64,000 nt of DNA, from positions 1,408,001 through 1,472,000 of the forward strand of contig CAWJSJ010000002.1 in NCBI GenBank assembly GCA_963845565.1. The letters are read 5' to 3'. The first letter of the stretch is position 1. Each line of letters starts with the position of its first letter. Below are positions 53,268 through 62,809 of the stretch, in pieces. Origin of the DNA: an uncultured Methylomirabilota bacterium (lineage in GTDB: Bacteria > Methylomirabilota > Methylomirabilia > Methylomirabilales > 2-02-FULL-66-22). The notes beneath the pieces were generated by a model. That model had not been told where the DNA came from. It ran no database searches and was given only the letters and a program-made list of their open reading frames with translations. The translations under genes and the position numbers were made by a program.

Positions 53268-53813
53268 TCATGGCTTGCTCAGGGCCAGGGCGGCCTCGAT
53301 CGTGCGCAGAACGGCGCTCGTCTCCACCGTCTTCTGGAGCGCCAGAACGGCGCCGGCCTCGAAGGCCCGCGCGCTCAGCTTCGAATCGTTCATGGCCGTG
53401 AGGATCACGACCGGAATGGTCCGCAGCGTCGGATCCGTCTTGAGCAAGCGGCAGACGTCGAAGCCGTCGATACCGGGCATCATGACGTCGAGGAGGATGA
53501 GGTCCGGGCGCTCGCGCAACGCCGCATCCAGGCCGGCTTCCCCGTCCGGAGCGGTCACGACGACGTAACCGTGAAACCGCAAGATATCGCCCAACATCTG
53601 GAGAATCAGCGGATCGTCATCCACGCACAGGATCTTGATCTCGCGGGCACTGGACGAGTCCGTTCCCAAAGCGGACTCCAGGCTGAGTCCCGTCTCCACC
53701 GGAAAACCGCATGCCTGGCAGCGCCGCAGCGGAACGCCGGCGCCGACGAACTGAAAAGTGGGCTGAGCGACTTGGCAGCGCGGGCAGAATGCAGTCGCCG
53801 GGTCTTGCTCCAT
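53268..53813 (-). CDS. Response regulator receiver with N-terminal zinc ribbon
   Basis: CPRC...CQAC, then VDDD, LLDVMMPGIDG, LTA, K. Confidence 0.88.
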   Translation of the reverse strand: MEQDPATAFCPRCQVAQPTFQFVGAGVPLRRCQACGFPVETGLSLESALGTDSSSAREIKILCVDDDPLILQMLGDILRFHGYVVVTAPDGEAGLDAALRERPDLILLDVMMPGIDGFDVCRLLKTDPTLRTIPVVILTAMNDSKLSARAFEAGAVLALQKTVETSAVLRTIEAALALSKP

Positions 53814-54031
53814 GCGGTCTCCAGAACGGTGCGCCACGGGCGTCGGGGGTGAGAACGAACGCGCGAACCTCGGGCCTCAATGGTCCGAGAACCTATCAAA
53901 GCCGCGGAGGGTTGTCCAGCGCCAACGGCAGCCACCCAGATGCTGGTTTGCCGAGTCCCCAAATCGCCCGGATGCCTGCCCGCCACATTACCCGATTGCC
54001 ACGGTGCCGCCCTCAGGATGCGGCCGGATCC

Positions 54032-55147
54032 TTAGAACGTGGGCGGGAAACACTTCACCACCTGAAGCGCCGAGCCTGTCGCGGCCTCGTAGGCCGCGTG
54101 TTCCGAGGCAGCGGGAACGAAGAAGGTGGCTCCCGTCTGCAGCGGGAGGTCGCAACCGGGGCCGGTCAGCCGCCCCGCGCCGTCGACCACGATTCCCACG
54201 TAGCAGCGGCCGCGATCCCGATCCGGGATCCGCTTTCGGGCGACGAGACGGGCCATACCAAAACAGGGGGTGTGCTCGGGACCGATCAACAACTCCTCCC
54301 GACCGGCCTCATCTTCCTGAAGCAGTCGCGGAGAAAGCGAATGTCGGGCGACGTACCCCATCCCAGTCCCCTGGTAGTTGAAGCAGCGCATCGCCAGGTC
54401 GAACCCCAGCCCCATGAAGCACTGGGCCTCGGTACGTTGCATCCCGCAGAACTCGTACTCGGTGTTGACGACCAGGTCGGTCGGCTCCTGGATCTCGATC
54501 ATGAAGACACCCGGTCCGAGGGCGTGGGGGGTGCCGGCGCTGACCAGGTACACGTCGCCCGGCTTGACCTCAACTCTGTTGAGCGCGGCGATCTGAGCCG
54601 GGATATCCTGAGACCGCACGATGCGCCGGAACTCCTCCTCGGTGACGCCGTCGCGGAACCCGAAGAGGGCGTACGGGGCGACCCCGTCGATGGCCCGTGT
54701 GGCAAGGACCAGCGACGCCTCGGTCTTCCCGAAGTTGGATCCGAGATGCTTCCTGGCAAACGCCGCGTCCGGATGGCATTGGACCGGCAGGCGCATGGCC
54801 GAGTCCAGGAGCTTACAGAGGACACCCAGTTCCGACCCCAGGTTCGCGACATGCCTTGCCCCCAACATGGCCTCCGGGAGCGCTTGGATCAACTCCTTGA
54901 GGACGATGGTAGAACCGTCGGAAAGGCGGACACGGCTCAAGCCTTCGTCCGGCGGCCGCCCGGGAAGGCGGGAAACCGTGGTGGAGCCCACCCACTCTTC
55001 CGGGACGTTCCGGTCCGCCGGGTCCAGCTGTCCCTGAAAACGATCCAGAAGCGCCCCGCCGCGCCACAGGCGGTACACACGATTTCGGAGGAGCGAAAGC
55101 GGTCGCCTGGTGACGGGCGCCAGGTCGGCGAGGTGTGGGGCAGCCAT
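54032..55147 (-). CDS. Class I mannose-6-phosphate isomerase-like cupin
   Basis: PEEW, KLLDS, QCHPD, GKTEA, GTPHALG, EIQEPTD. Confidence 0.85.
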   Translation of the reverse strand: MAAPHLADLAPVTRRPLSLLRNRVYRLWRGGALLDRFQGQLDPADRNVPEEWVGSTTVSRLPGRPPDEGLSRVRLSDGSTIVLKELIQALPEAMLGARHVANLGSELGVLCKLLDSAMRLPVQCHPDAAFARKHLGSNFGKTEASLVLATRAIDGVAPYALFGFRDGVTEEEFRRIVRSQDIPAQIAALNRVEVKPGDVYLVSAGTPHALGPGVFMIEIQEPTDLVVNTEYEFCGMQRTEAQCFMGLGFDLAMRCFNYQGTGMGYVARHSLSPRLLQEDEAGREELLIGPEHTPCFGMARLVARKRIPDRDRGRCYVGIVVDGAGRLTGPGCDLPLQTGATFFVPAASEHAAYEAATGSALQVVKCFPPTF

Positions 55148-55364
55148 GAGACCCTCCTGCGAGTCAGGGGTGAGAAGGATCGCTTTTGCACAACCGGGCG
55201 CTGGGCCTTGAAACAGGGCGCACGGCGAGGCAGCGCGAGTATCCCCCACCGGCCTGGCAGTGTCAACCGCGCGGGCTGCCGCCACGGGCACGCGGGCACC
55301 GCGCCGGTGGAGTGCTACGACGCCTCCCGGCGCGTGCCGGACGTTGTCGCGCCGCCCAATTCGG

Positions 55365-55393
55365 TTGACATGGCAGGACTCCTTGGATAGCCT
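55365..55393 (+). promoter_or_regulatory. Sigma70-like promoter upstream of the PspC-domain gene
   Basis: TTGACA-17 bp-TAGCCT. Confidence 0.5.
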
Positions 55394-55545
55394 GAACCAG
55401 TACGATCTCTTCGGCAGAGTCCGACAGCGACCGCGGGGTCGAGAAGCCCTGCGGAGTCGGCTGGAGGATCCCAGCGAGGGCATTCACCGGCGCGCCCCCA
55501 GGGGGAGAGGGGCGGTGAAGGCGAGCCTGCGGGCAGGAGGCGGCG

Positions 55546-55785
55546 ATGACCGAGGGCGCGGGTGTCCGACCCAAGCTGCGACGCATCATGGGGAAGCACT
55601 GGCTTGGTGGAGTCTGTGCGGGGATGGGATACTGGCTTCGCGTTCCGACCTGGCTGCTGCGGCTTGCGTGGACGGTTCTGCTTCTGGTTTACGGGATCGG
55701 CGGAATTGTGTATCTCCTCCTCTGGATCTTCATGCCGAGGTGGGAAGCCGTTCCCGCCGACTACGAGGAACGCGCGGGCGGGTAA
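55546..55785 (+). CDS. PspC domain protein
   Basis: KLRR...LGGVCAGMGYW...LRL...YLLLWIFMP; AGGAGG RBS. Confidence 0.9.
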   Translation: MTEGAGVRPKLRRIMGKHWLGGVCAGMGYWLRVPTWLLRLAWTVLLLVYGIGGIVYLLLWIFMPRWEAVPADYEERAGG

Positions 55786-55828
55786 ACGATGACCCCGGCA
55801 GCGCGGGCGGCCCGGGAAAGGAGCAAAC

Positions 55829-56137
55829 ATGCTGCTCAGTTGCGGGCTGATGGACGGCGTGATGTGGGATGCCATCCTTCAACCTCCGGTCGCCGGAGAT
55901 CCCGTCAGCCAGGTGACTGTGGTACTCAGCAACGAGGAGGTGCTCTCCCCCGCGGACGCCGAATTCGGAGAGTTCGCGATCGTGGCGGCCACCGCAGAAG
56001 AGCGGGAGACGCTGAAACAGGCCGGTTACTCCATGCCGGATTGGTCGCCGGTCCAGGGTTTCGGGTGCGGCGGATGCCACACGGAGGATCCTGAGGGCGC
56101 AGGCCAATCGGACGGCCCGACCAAACAGGACGGATAG
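55829..56137 (+). CDS. Hypothetical acidic protein
   Basis: AAAGGAG RBS; 102 aa; contains CGGCH. Confidence 0.65.
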   Translation: MLLSCGLMDGVMWDAILQPPVAGDPVSQVTVVLSNEEVLSPADAEFGEFAIVAATAEERETLKQAGYSMPDWSPVQGFGCGGCHTEDPEGAGQSDGPTKQDG

Positions 56138-56248
56138 CCCCTCGCCTTTCCTTGCCGCGGGTCCGCCCTCCGGCACCCCTGGGTGCGCGGCGACGCTCGG
56201 GACGGAGAATGAGTTGCGTCTCCCCGGGCGCCTCACCTCTTGAAAGTC

Positions 56249-57550
56249 ATGGCCAACGAGCACCGGGTCGTCATACTGGGTGGAGGGTTCGGCGGGCTTC
56301 ACGCCGTCCGGGCGCTGAAGAAGGCACCCGTCAAGGTGACCCTTCTGGATCGCCGTAACTTCCACCTGTTCCAGCCGCTGCTCTATCAGGTCGCCACCGG
56401 CGGCCTCTCGCCGGCGAACATCGCCACGCCACTGCGGAGCATCCTCAAGCGCCAACCGAATACTCGCGTTCTGCTGGGCGAAGCCGTCGGCCTGGACCTC
56501 CAGGGGCGACGGGTGATCCTGCCGGACGGTGAAATCCCTTACGATACGCTCATCGTGGCCTTGGGCGCAGGCCACCATTACTTCGGCAAGGAGGTGTGGA
56601 GCGAACTGGCGCCGGGGCTGAAGACCATCGAGGACGCGATCGAGATGCGCCGCCGGATCCTGTTGGCGTTCGAAAAAGCGGAGCGGGCGACGGACCCGGC
56701 GATGGTTGGCGCCCTCCTCACGTTCGTCGTGGTGGGGGCGGGTCCGACAGGGGTGGAGCTGGCGGGGGCCCTGGCGGAGATCGCGCGGGACACCCTCACC
56801 CATGAATTCCGGTCCATCGATCCCGCGCATTCCCGGGTGCTATTGCTGGAGGGGTCGCCTCGGGTGCTCCAGCCGTACCCTCCCGATCTGTCCGAGAAGG
56901 CCGCCCGATCCTTGCGATCCCTGGGGGTGGAGGTGCGGACGGGCACCATCGTCACGGACATCCAGCCGGATGCGGTCCTGGTGCGGACCGGAGAAACCGT
57001 CGAGCGGATTTCGACGCACACCGTGCTCTGGGCGGCGGGTGTTCAGGCCTCGCCATTCGGTCGGGTTCTTGCCGAGACCGCAGGCGCCGCGCTGGACCGA
57101 TCGGGCCGGGTGATCGTGGGACCGGACCTGGCTCTGCCGGAGCACCCCGAGATTCTGGTCATCGGAGACCTGGCCCACTTTGCCCACGGTGCGGACGCGC
57201 CGTTGCCGGGCGTGGCCCAGGTGGCGATGCAGCAGGGAGCGTACGCCGCGCGACTCATCCAGGACCGGCTTCGCGGACAGACTCCACCCCCGTTCCGGTA
57301 TCGGGATTACGGTACCATGGCGACCATCGGGCGGAACAACGCGGTCGCCGACGTGTTCGGCATCCGGTTCGCCGGCCATCTCGCCTGGTTGGCCTGGCTT
57401 TGCATCCATCTGGTGCAACTGGTGCAGTTCGAGAACCGGCTGCTGGTGTTCGCCCAGTGGGCGTGGAGCTACGTGACGTTCAACCGCGCCGCCCGCCTCA
57501 TCACGAACCTGCCTCGCCCAGACGGCCAAAACGACAGGAAAGGCAATTAG
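56249..57550 (+). CDS. ndh: Type II NADH dehydrogenase
   Basis: GGGFGG, FQPLLYQVATG, GAGPTGVE, AQVAMQQG, ATIGR. Confidence 0.93.
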   Translation: MANEHRVVILGGGFGGLHAVRALKKAPVKVTLLDRRNFHLFQPLLYQVATGGLSPANIATPLRSILKRQPNTRVLLGEAVGLDLQGRRVILPDGEIPYDTLIVALGAGHHYFGKEVWSELAPGLKTIEDAIEMRRRILLAFEKAERATDPAMVGALLTFVVVGAGPTGVELAGALAEIARDTLTHEFRSIDPAHSRVLLLEGSPRVLQPYPPDLSEKAARSLRSLGVEVRTGTIVTDIQPDAVLVRTGETVERISTHTVLWAAGVQASPFGRVLAETAGAALDRSGRVIVGPDLALPEHPEILVIGDLAHFAHGADAPLPGVAQVAMQQGAYAARLIQDRLRGQTPPPFRYRDYGTMATIGRNNAVADVFGIRFAGHLAWLAWLCIHLVQLVQFENRLLVFAQWAWSYVTFNRAARLITNLPRPDGQNDRKGN

Positions 57551-57721
57551 CAGGCAGCTGAAAAAGGCCCATCTGCTGCGTTGGCCCGCCTCGGCACTCG
57601 CTGCGACGTACCTCCAGTACGCCTGGACCCAGCTGCGCTGGGTACCCCGGCCTCCGGCGTGCCGCCTTGCATCTGGACCTTTTTGAGCAGCCTGAGCAAG
57701 AATGAGTTTTTCAGCAGCCTG
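57551..57721 (+). repeat. Palindromic repeat family 1, copy F (core to 57694 plus tail)
   Basis: (tag)caggcagctgaaaaaggcccatctg...gagcagcctg...tttttcagcagcctg. Confidence 0.9.
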
Positions 57722-57820
57722 TCAGGCAATTCGGCGATTTGGCACCCCGGGCGCTTCCTGGTTGCCGAGTCGCCTGATTGCCCAGTCGCCCTGCACAATC
57801 CCGTCCGGGCGGTTGGCGCC

Positions 57821-58953
57821 TCAGTCCTGTGGCGGGGGACCGGGAAGGAACGGGCGGTCGGGGCGGAACGACTCCAGGGGCATGGAGGGGCGGCCGGAGA
57901 GGATATACTCGGCGATGAGCTGGCCCGTGATGGGGGCGAGCAGGATGCCATTGCGGAAATGGCCCGTGGCCAGAACGAGGCCGGGCCGGCCGGGGACGGG
58001 GCCCAGCAGGGGCATGCCGTCCGTCGAGGCCGGCCGTAGGCAGCCGTAGCTCGTGACCATCTCTGCCTCGCGCAGCGCGGGGACGATGCGCGTGGCATCT
58101 GCCAGGAGTGCCGCGATTCCCTCCACCGTCACCGCCTTATCGAACCCCACGTACTCGACGGTGCTCCCGATGATATGCTCTCCTGTCGCTCGGGGGATCA
58201 CGTAGATCTGCTCGTACACCACGTGCCGAAGCGCCGGCTCGGGAAGGCGAGCCACGGCGATCTGCCCCTTGGCGGGCAGGACGGGGATCGGGATGCCCAC
58301 GGACTGCTGGAACTCCCCAGACCACGCCCCCGCCGCGAGCACCACGACGCCCGCCGCGATCGGGCCTTCGGCCGTCCGAACGCCGGCCACCCTCTCGCCA
58401 TCCAGTAAGCAGCGACGAGACGGGACACGCCACGCGCACCTGCCCCCCGAGCCGGGTGACGGCGCCGGCCAGCCCCTGCGTCACGGCCGTGGGGTTCACG
58501 TGGTGATCGTCGGGAAACCAGCCGGCCCCCTGGAGCGCCTCGGGGAGGCCGGGTTCGAGGTCACGCGCTTCCGTCGGCGAGAGCCAGCGAGCGGTGAGGC
58601 CCCGCGCCGACTGCCAGGCGATCCGGCGCCGGATGACGGTTGCGTCCTCCGGGCTGAAGGCAGGCACGACGTGCCCCAGTGGACGAAGCTCGATATCAGT
58701 GTCGGTTCGCTCGCGAAGTTCCGCTGACAGGGTGGGATACAGGGCGCGACTGGCCAACTTGAGGTCGAACAGGGGTCCGCCTTCGTCCGTGTGCGCCTGC
58801 GTGGACAAGCAGCCCGGCCCCGCCGCTGGAGGCCTCGGCGGCGATGGCGGTCTTCTCCAGAATCAGCGGCCGCACACCGGCCTTGGCGAGGGAGAAGGCG
58901 ATCGAGCACCCGATGATTCCCCCGCCCACGATGACCACGTCGGGTCTGGCGAT
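57821..58953 (-). pseudogene. thiO: Glycine oxidase ThiO-like FAD oxidoreductase; two frameshifts (about 58805 and 58405) and ATC at the expected start
   Basis: IVGGGIIG...AGLL, then LFDLKLASRALYP, then AAGAWS, PAKGQ, LRP, GHFRNGILLAP in three successive ORFs. Confidence 0.8.
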
Positions 58954-59113
58954 AGGACACCTCCTGCGACACGACCGGCCTTCCGACCGTCTCACGCTGC
59001 GAGATCAGGATACTCAGGGAAGGTGCGCCCGGTCAAGCGGCCGTGGCGCGCGACAGGAAGGGGAGCGATGGTGCGAGCGGCGATCGGAAGGCAGGGTGGG
59101 CGACCCCTCCGGT

Positions 59114-59326
59114 TCACGCGGCCTTCTGAATGTCATCCCGCGCCCGAGCGTCCCGGCGGCTGGCCCGTCGACCGCGCCGGACAAGCCAGCCGACGATCGG
59201 GACCCCGACGAGAATCCAGGGGAACAGGATGATGCCCGTGACGATCGCAGTGAACATCGTAGCCCGAGTATCGGCAGGATGAGCCGGGGGCATGAGCGGC
59301 ACTGGGATCATGATGTACGGGGACAA
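59114..59326 (-). CDS. Possible small membrane protein
   Basis: One hydrophobic segment followed by basic residues; weak start signals. Confidence 0.4.
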   Translation of the reverse strand: MSPYIMIPVPLMPPAHPADTRATMFTAIVTGIILFPWILVGVPIVGWLVRRGRRASRRDARARDDIQKAA

Positions 59327-59383
59327 CCCAACCGTCCGAGAAGGCGGGGGCGCTCGGACAGATCCCCGCCTTCTCAGTCAATC

Positions 59384-59968
59384 CTATTGAGCCAGGAGCT
59401 TCTCGATCCGGCGCGAGAATTCCGCCTCCAGGTCGCCTTCCGGGGAGCCGTCCACGCGCTCCACCAAGGTGCCCTTCTTGTCGATGAAGAAACTGGCGGG
59501 TGTTGCATCCACGCGATAGAGGCTGCCGATGGAGCCGCTGGAGTCCCGTCCCACCGGGAATGGCAGGCGGTGCTCCTCTGCGAACCTGCGGGCTGCGGCG
59601 TCCTTGTCCCAGGTCGCATTCACGCTCAGCAGCTCAAACCCCTTGTCGCGATGCCGTGCATAGAGCTTGGCCAGAACGGGAGCCTCCCGTTGACAATGGG
59701 GTCAGGTGGAGTGCCAGAAATTCACCAGGACGGGGCGGCCCCGGAGGCCCGCCAGGGTGACGCTGTCGCCATTCAGGAGCCGGAGGGTGAAATCGGGTGC
59801 AGGCTTCCCGGTCCGAGCCGGCTCTCCTGGCCCCTGCATTATCAGGTAGGTTGCCAGCCCGCCGATGACGAGCGCGAGTCCCCCGACGACGGCCCAGGTG
59901 ATCCAGCGGGAACCTGACTTCCGTTTGCCCTTTGCCGTGCCTTCCCGTTTCAGTTGACGCTTTCCCAT
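59384..59968 (-). CDS. TlpA/ResA-like membrane-anchored thioredoxin selenoprotein (UPHC)
   Basis: ORFs 59702-59968 and 59384-59623 share a frame; reads APDFTL...VLVNFWHST[TGA][10 protein letters not shown]...[16 protein letters not shown]. Confidence 0.88.
59675..59691 (-). promoter_or_regulatory. Putative bacterial SECIS hairpin
   Basis: Minus strand aacggga-GGC-tcccgtt; loop G is 18 nt after the TGA. Confidence 0.7.
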
Positions 59969-60266
59969 GCCCTCCCCTTTGCCGGTGAATCGTTGGAACC
60001 AGTGGAAGCAAGCTGCCCCACATCTCTACAAAAATAACGCAGCGTGCGCAAGTGTTTCGTGGTGTCGGCGCTCGGCTTCCACTTTCGCGCGGGCCGGACA
60101 TCGTTTCCATCGCCGGCAACATTGCCCTTGACCCTCCGTCCTCCATTGTTTACCGTGTGACCCGGTTCCGCAGGCCGCGGCCCTCGGATGATGGCGTTCA
60201 GAGCGCACGAAACTGGCCCGTTACCGAAGACGGCGGGACCGTTCGCTGGTCACGGAGGCGCCCCTC

Positions 60267-60665
60267 ATGATCCTGGTTACGGCGGGCATCCTGGCGGACG
60301 GTGAGCGCGTCCTCGTTTGTCAGCGGAAAGCCGGGGATCGGTTCGGCCTGAAATGGGAGTTCCCAGGCGGCAAGGTGGAGCCAGATGAGGGGCCGGAGGC
60401 CTGCTTGCGCCGGGAACTGGCCGAGGAGCTGGGGATCGAGGCGGAAATCGGGCCGGAGGTCCACCGGACCGACCATCGGTATTCGAATGGTTTCAGCGTG
60501 CGCCTCTTGTTCTTCCAGGTCCTCCGATACGCGGGAGCGCCGGCGAATCGGGAGTTCGAGCGGATCGCCTGGGCGCGGCCGGACGAACTCTCCGGCTTCG
60601 ACTTCCTGGAAGCTGATCGCGCCGTGGTAGATCGGCTCGTCCGCGGGGAGATCGCCATCGCGTGA
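60267..60665 (+). CDS. MutT-like NUDIX hydrolase
   Basis: WEFPGGKVEPDEGPEACLRRELAEELG Nudix box. Confidence 0.92.
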   Translation: MILVTAGILADGERVLVCQRKAGDRFGLKWEFPGGKVEPDEGPEACLRRELAEELGIEAEIGPEVHRTDHRYSNGFSVRLLFFQVLRYAGAPANREFERIAWARPDELSGFDFLEADRAVVDRLVRGEIAIA

Positions 60666-61378
60666 GGACCTCTCGTCCGTACCGGCCACAGGTTGATCCC
60701 GTTCGCCTTCGCACGTTCCAGGCCCGGCTGCTCCGCTGGTTCCGGAGGCACGGTCGCGATCTGCCCTGGCGGCGCACGCGCGATCCTTACAAGATCCTCG
60801 TGTCCGAAGTGATGCTCCAGCAGACCCAGGTGGACCGCGTGCGCGACTACTACCAGCAATTCCTGCGCGAGTACCCGACGGTTCGCGACCTGGCGGAGGC
60901 GCATCCGGCGCGCGTGCGGGACTCCTGGGAAGGGCTCGGGTATTATGCCAGGGCTCGGAACCTTCAGGCGGCAGCCCGGGCGGTGGCGGAGCAGCATCGG
61001 GGGAGATTTCCACGGCGCCTGGAAGAGGTTATGGCTCTGCCCGGGGTGGGGCGGTACACGGCAGGGGCCGTGGTGAGTTTTGCGTATGAGGAAGCGGCGC
61101 CCATCCTCGACACCAACGTCCGGCGGGTCCTGACGCGGTTATTCGTTCAGCGGCGGCCGGCCCGTCAGGCGAAGCTGGATCGGCGACTGTGGGCCCTGGC
61201 GAAGGTGGCCATTCCACCCGACAGGGTCTGGGAGTTCAACCAGGGCCTCATGGATTTCGGGGCGATGGTCTGCACGGCGCGGAACCCGAAGTGCTCTACC
61301 TGTCCGATGCGTCTGATGTGTGCTTTTGGCAGCCGGTCCGGTAACCACAACCCAATTTCAGCCAAGGAGAAGCCATGA
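60662..61378 (+). CDS. mutY: A/G-specific adenine glycosylase, catalytic domain only
   Basis: RDLPWR, SEVMLQQT, GLGYYARA, LPGVGRYTA, DTNVRRV, CTARNPKCSTCPMRLMC. Confidence 0.9.
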   Translation: MRTSRPYRPQVDPVRLRTFQARLLRWFRRHGRDLPWRRTRDPYKILVSEVMLQQTQVDRVRDYYQQFLREYPTVRDLAEAHPARVRDSWEGLGYYARARNLQAAARAVAEQHRGRFPRRLEEVMALPGVGRYTAGAVVSFAYEEAAPILDTNVRRVLTRLFVQRRPARQAKLDRRLWALAKVAIPPDRVWEFNQGLMDFGAMVCTARNPKCSTCPMRLMCAFGSRSGNHNPISAKEKP

Positions 61379-61683
61379 TCTACGTGATCGCCACGGTCGA
61401 GGTGAAGGCGGGGAAGCGCGAGGCGTTCCTGGCGGAGTTCCGCAAGAACATGCCGAACGTCCTTGCGGAGAAGGGCTGCATCGAGTACGGCCCGACCGTG
61501 GATGCGACCACGGACGTCAAGGCGCAAATCCCGCTGCGGGAGAGCGTCGTGACCATCGTGGAGAAGTGGGAGAGCCTTCAGGCGTTGCACGCGCACCTCG
61601 TTGCGCCACACATGGCCGTGTACCGGGAGCGGGTCAAGGACATCGTCGTCGGCGTGACGCTGCAGATTCTTGATCCCAAGTAG
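61375..61683 (+). CDS. ABM-family (putative quinol monooxygenase) protein
   Basis: AEKGCIEY, IVEKWESL, HLVAPHM. Confidence 0.9.
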   Translation: MIYVIATVEVKAGKREAFLAEFRKNMPNVLAEKGCIEYGPTVDATTDVKAQIPLRESVVTIVEKWESLQALHAHLVAPHMAVYRERVKDIVVGVTLQILDPK

Positions 61684-61819
61684 ACCAAATGTGTTACAGT
61701 CCAACCGTGGCACGTCCGCGCGCGACGCGAGCGATGCGCCGGCATGAGCGCGGCATCGAAGAGAGAATATGTCGCAGATTGGCGAAAATGGTGTGGACCC
61801 GGGTCAAAGGAGGAGTCTG

Positions 61820-62455
61820 ATGCGGTTTTCTTCGCGCCTTTACGTGCTGTTCGCGGTGGCGGTCCTGGGCGGGTCGCTGCTCCTCGCGGGTTGCCCCAAG
61901 AGCCCCGTGGTGACGCAAGCGCGACCGGGCCCGGTCGGCCCTTCCGCCACCGCTTCCCCTGACGCCGCTGGAGGCGCCGGCTCGGGTGCCGCCGCCCGCA
62001 CCTCGCCCTCGGCCGGTGAGATTGCGGTGACTCGTCCGACGCCGCCGACTGAAACCGCCATCGCGGGTCGGGCTGGTGCCGCCGGCGCCGCGGGAACGGC
62101 CGCCGCAGCCGCCGGAACGTCCCCGCTGAAAGACGTGTTCTTCGAGTACGACAAGGCGATCATCGGCCCCGACCAGAAGGCGGTGCTGAACGACAACGTC
62201 AACTGGCTGAAGGCAAACGGCCGGGTGAAGGTCGTCATCGAGGGGCATTGCGACGAGCGGGGCACCGCCGAATACAACCTCGGTCTCGGCGACCGAAGGA
62301 CCAAGGCGTTGCGAGACTACCTGGTCATCTCAGGCATCGCCGCCGACAGGATCAGCACGATCAGCTACGGCAAGGAGCGCCCCTTCGTGATCGGCCACGA
62401 CGAGAACGCCTGGAAGATGAACCGCCGCGGCCATTTCGCGGTTCAGGGACAGTAA
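61820..62455 (+). CDS. pal: Peptidoglycan-associated lipoprotein
   Basis: LAGC lipobox; IEGHCDERGTAEYNLGLG, ISYGKERP, NRR. Confidence 0.95.
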   Translation: MRFSSRLYVLFAVAVLGGSLLLAGCPKSPVVTQARPGPVGPSATASPDAAGGAGSGAAARTSPSAGEIAVTRPTPPTETAIAGRAGAAGAAGTAAAAAGTSPLKDVFFEYDKAIIGPDQKAVLNDNVNWLKANGRVKVVIEGHCDERGTAEYNLGLGDRRTKALRDYLVISGIAADRISTISYGKERPFVIGHDENAWKMNRRGHFAVQGQ

Positions 62456-62480
62456 GCCCTTCTCAGAGAATAACTTGAAT

Positions 62481-62519
62481 GAATCGCGCCCATGCGACAC
62501 GTTGGGCGCGATTCTTTTT
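62481..62519 (+). terminator. Intrinsic terminator after pal
   Basis: gaatcgcgccca/tgggcgcgattc followed by ttttt. Confidence 0.85.
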
Positions 62520-62809
62520 CCCGAGCCGAACCGGGTCCCAAGCGGCTGCAGGAACCTTCGGGAGGCCCTTGACAGAGCAAAACCTACCGGGCTAGCATCC
62601 CGGCATTGATTCAGAGTCCTCCTTCCCATTCTTTCTTCGTGTGTTCTGCAATCCTTGTGGTCGACGGCCGATCGACGTCGATGTGTCGGTAACCGCGCTC
62701 GATGTCGGGTCATTGGCCGCCACACCCCGGGCCTAGCGGCAGCGGTGGGTCCGGCGTTTCCGCGCACTCGGCATCACGTCAAAGTCGTAGCAGGGATGAG
62801 AGGTTTCCC

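Noticed and set aside
55829..56137. CxxCH motif suggesting a c-type cytochrome
   Set aside because: No signal peptide or TM segment, and the motif sits in a low-complexity tail.
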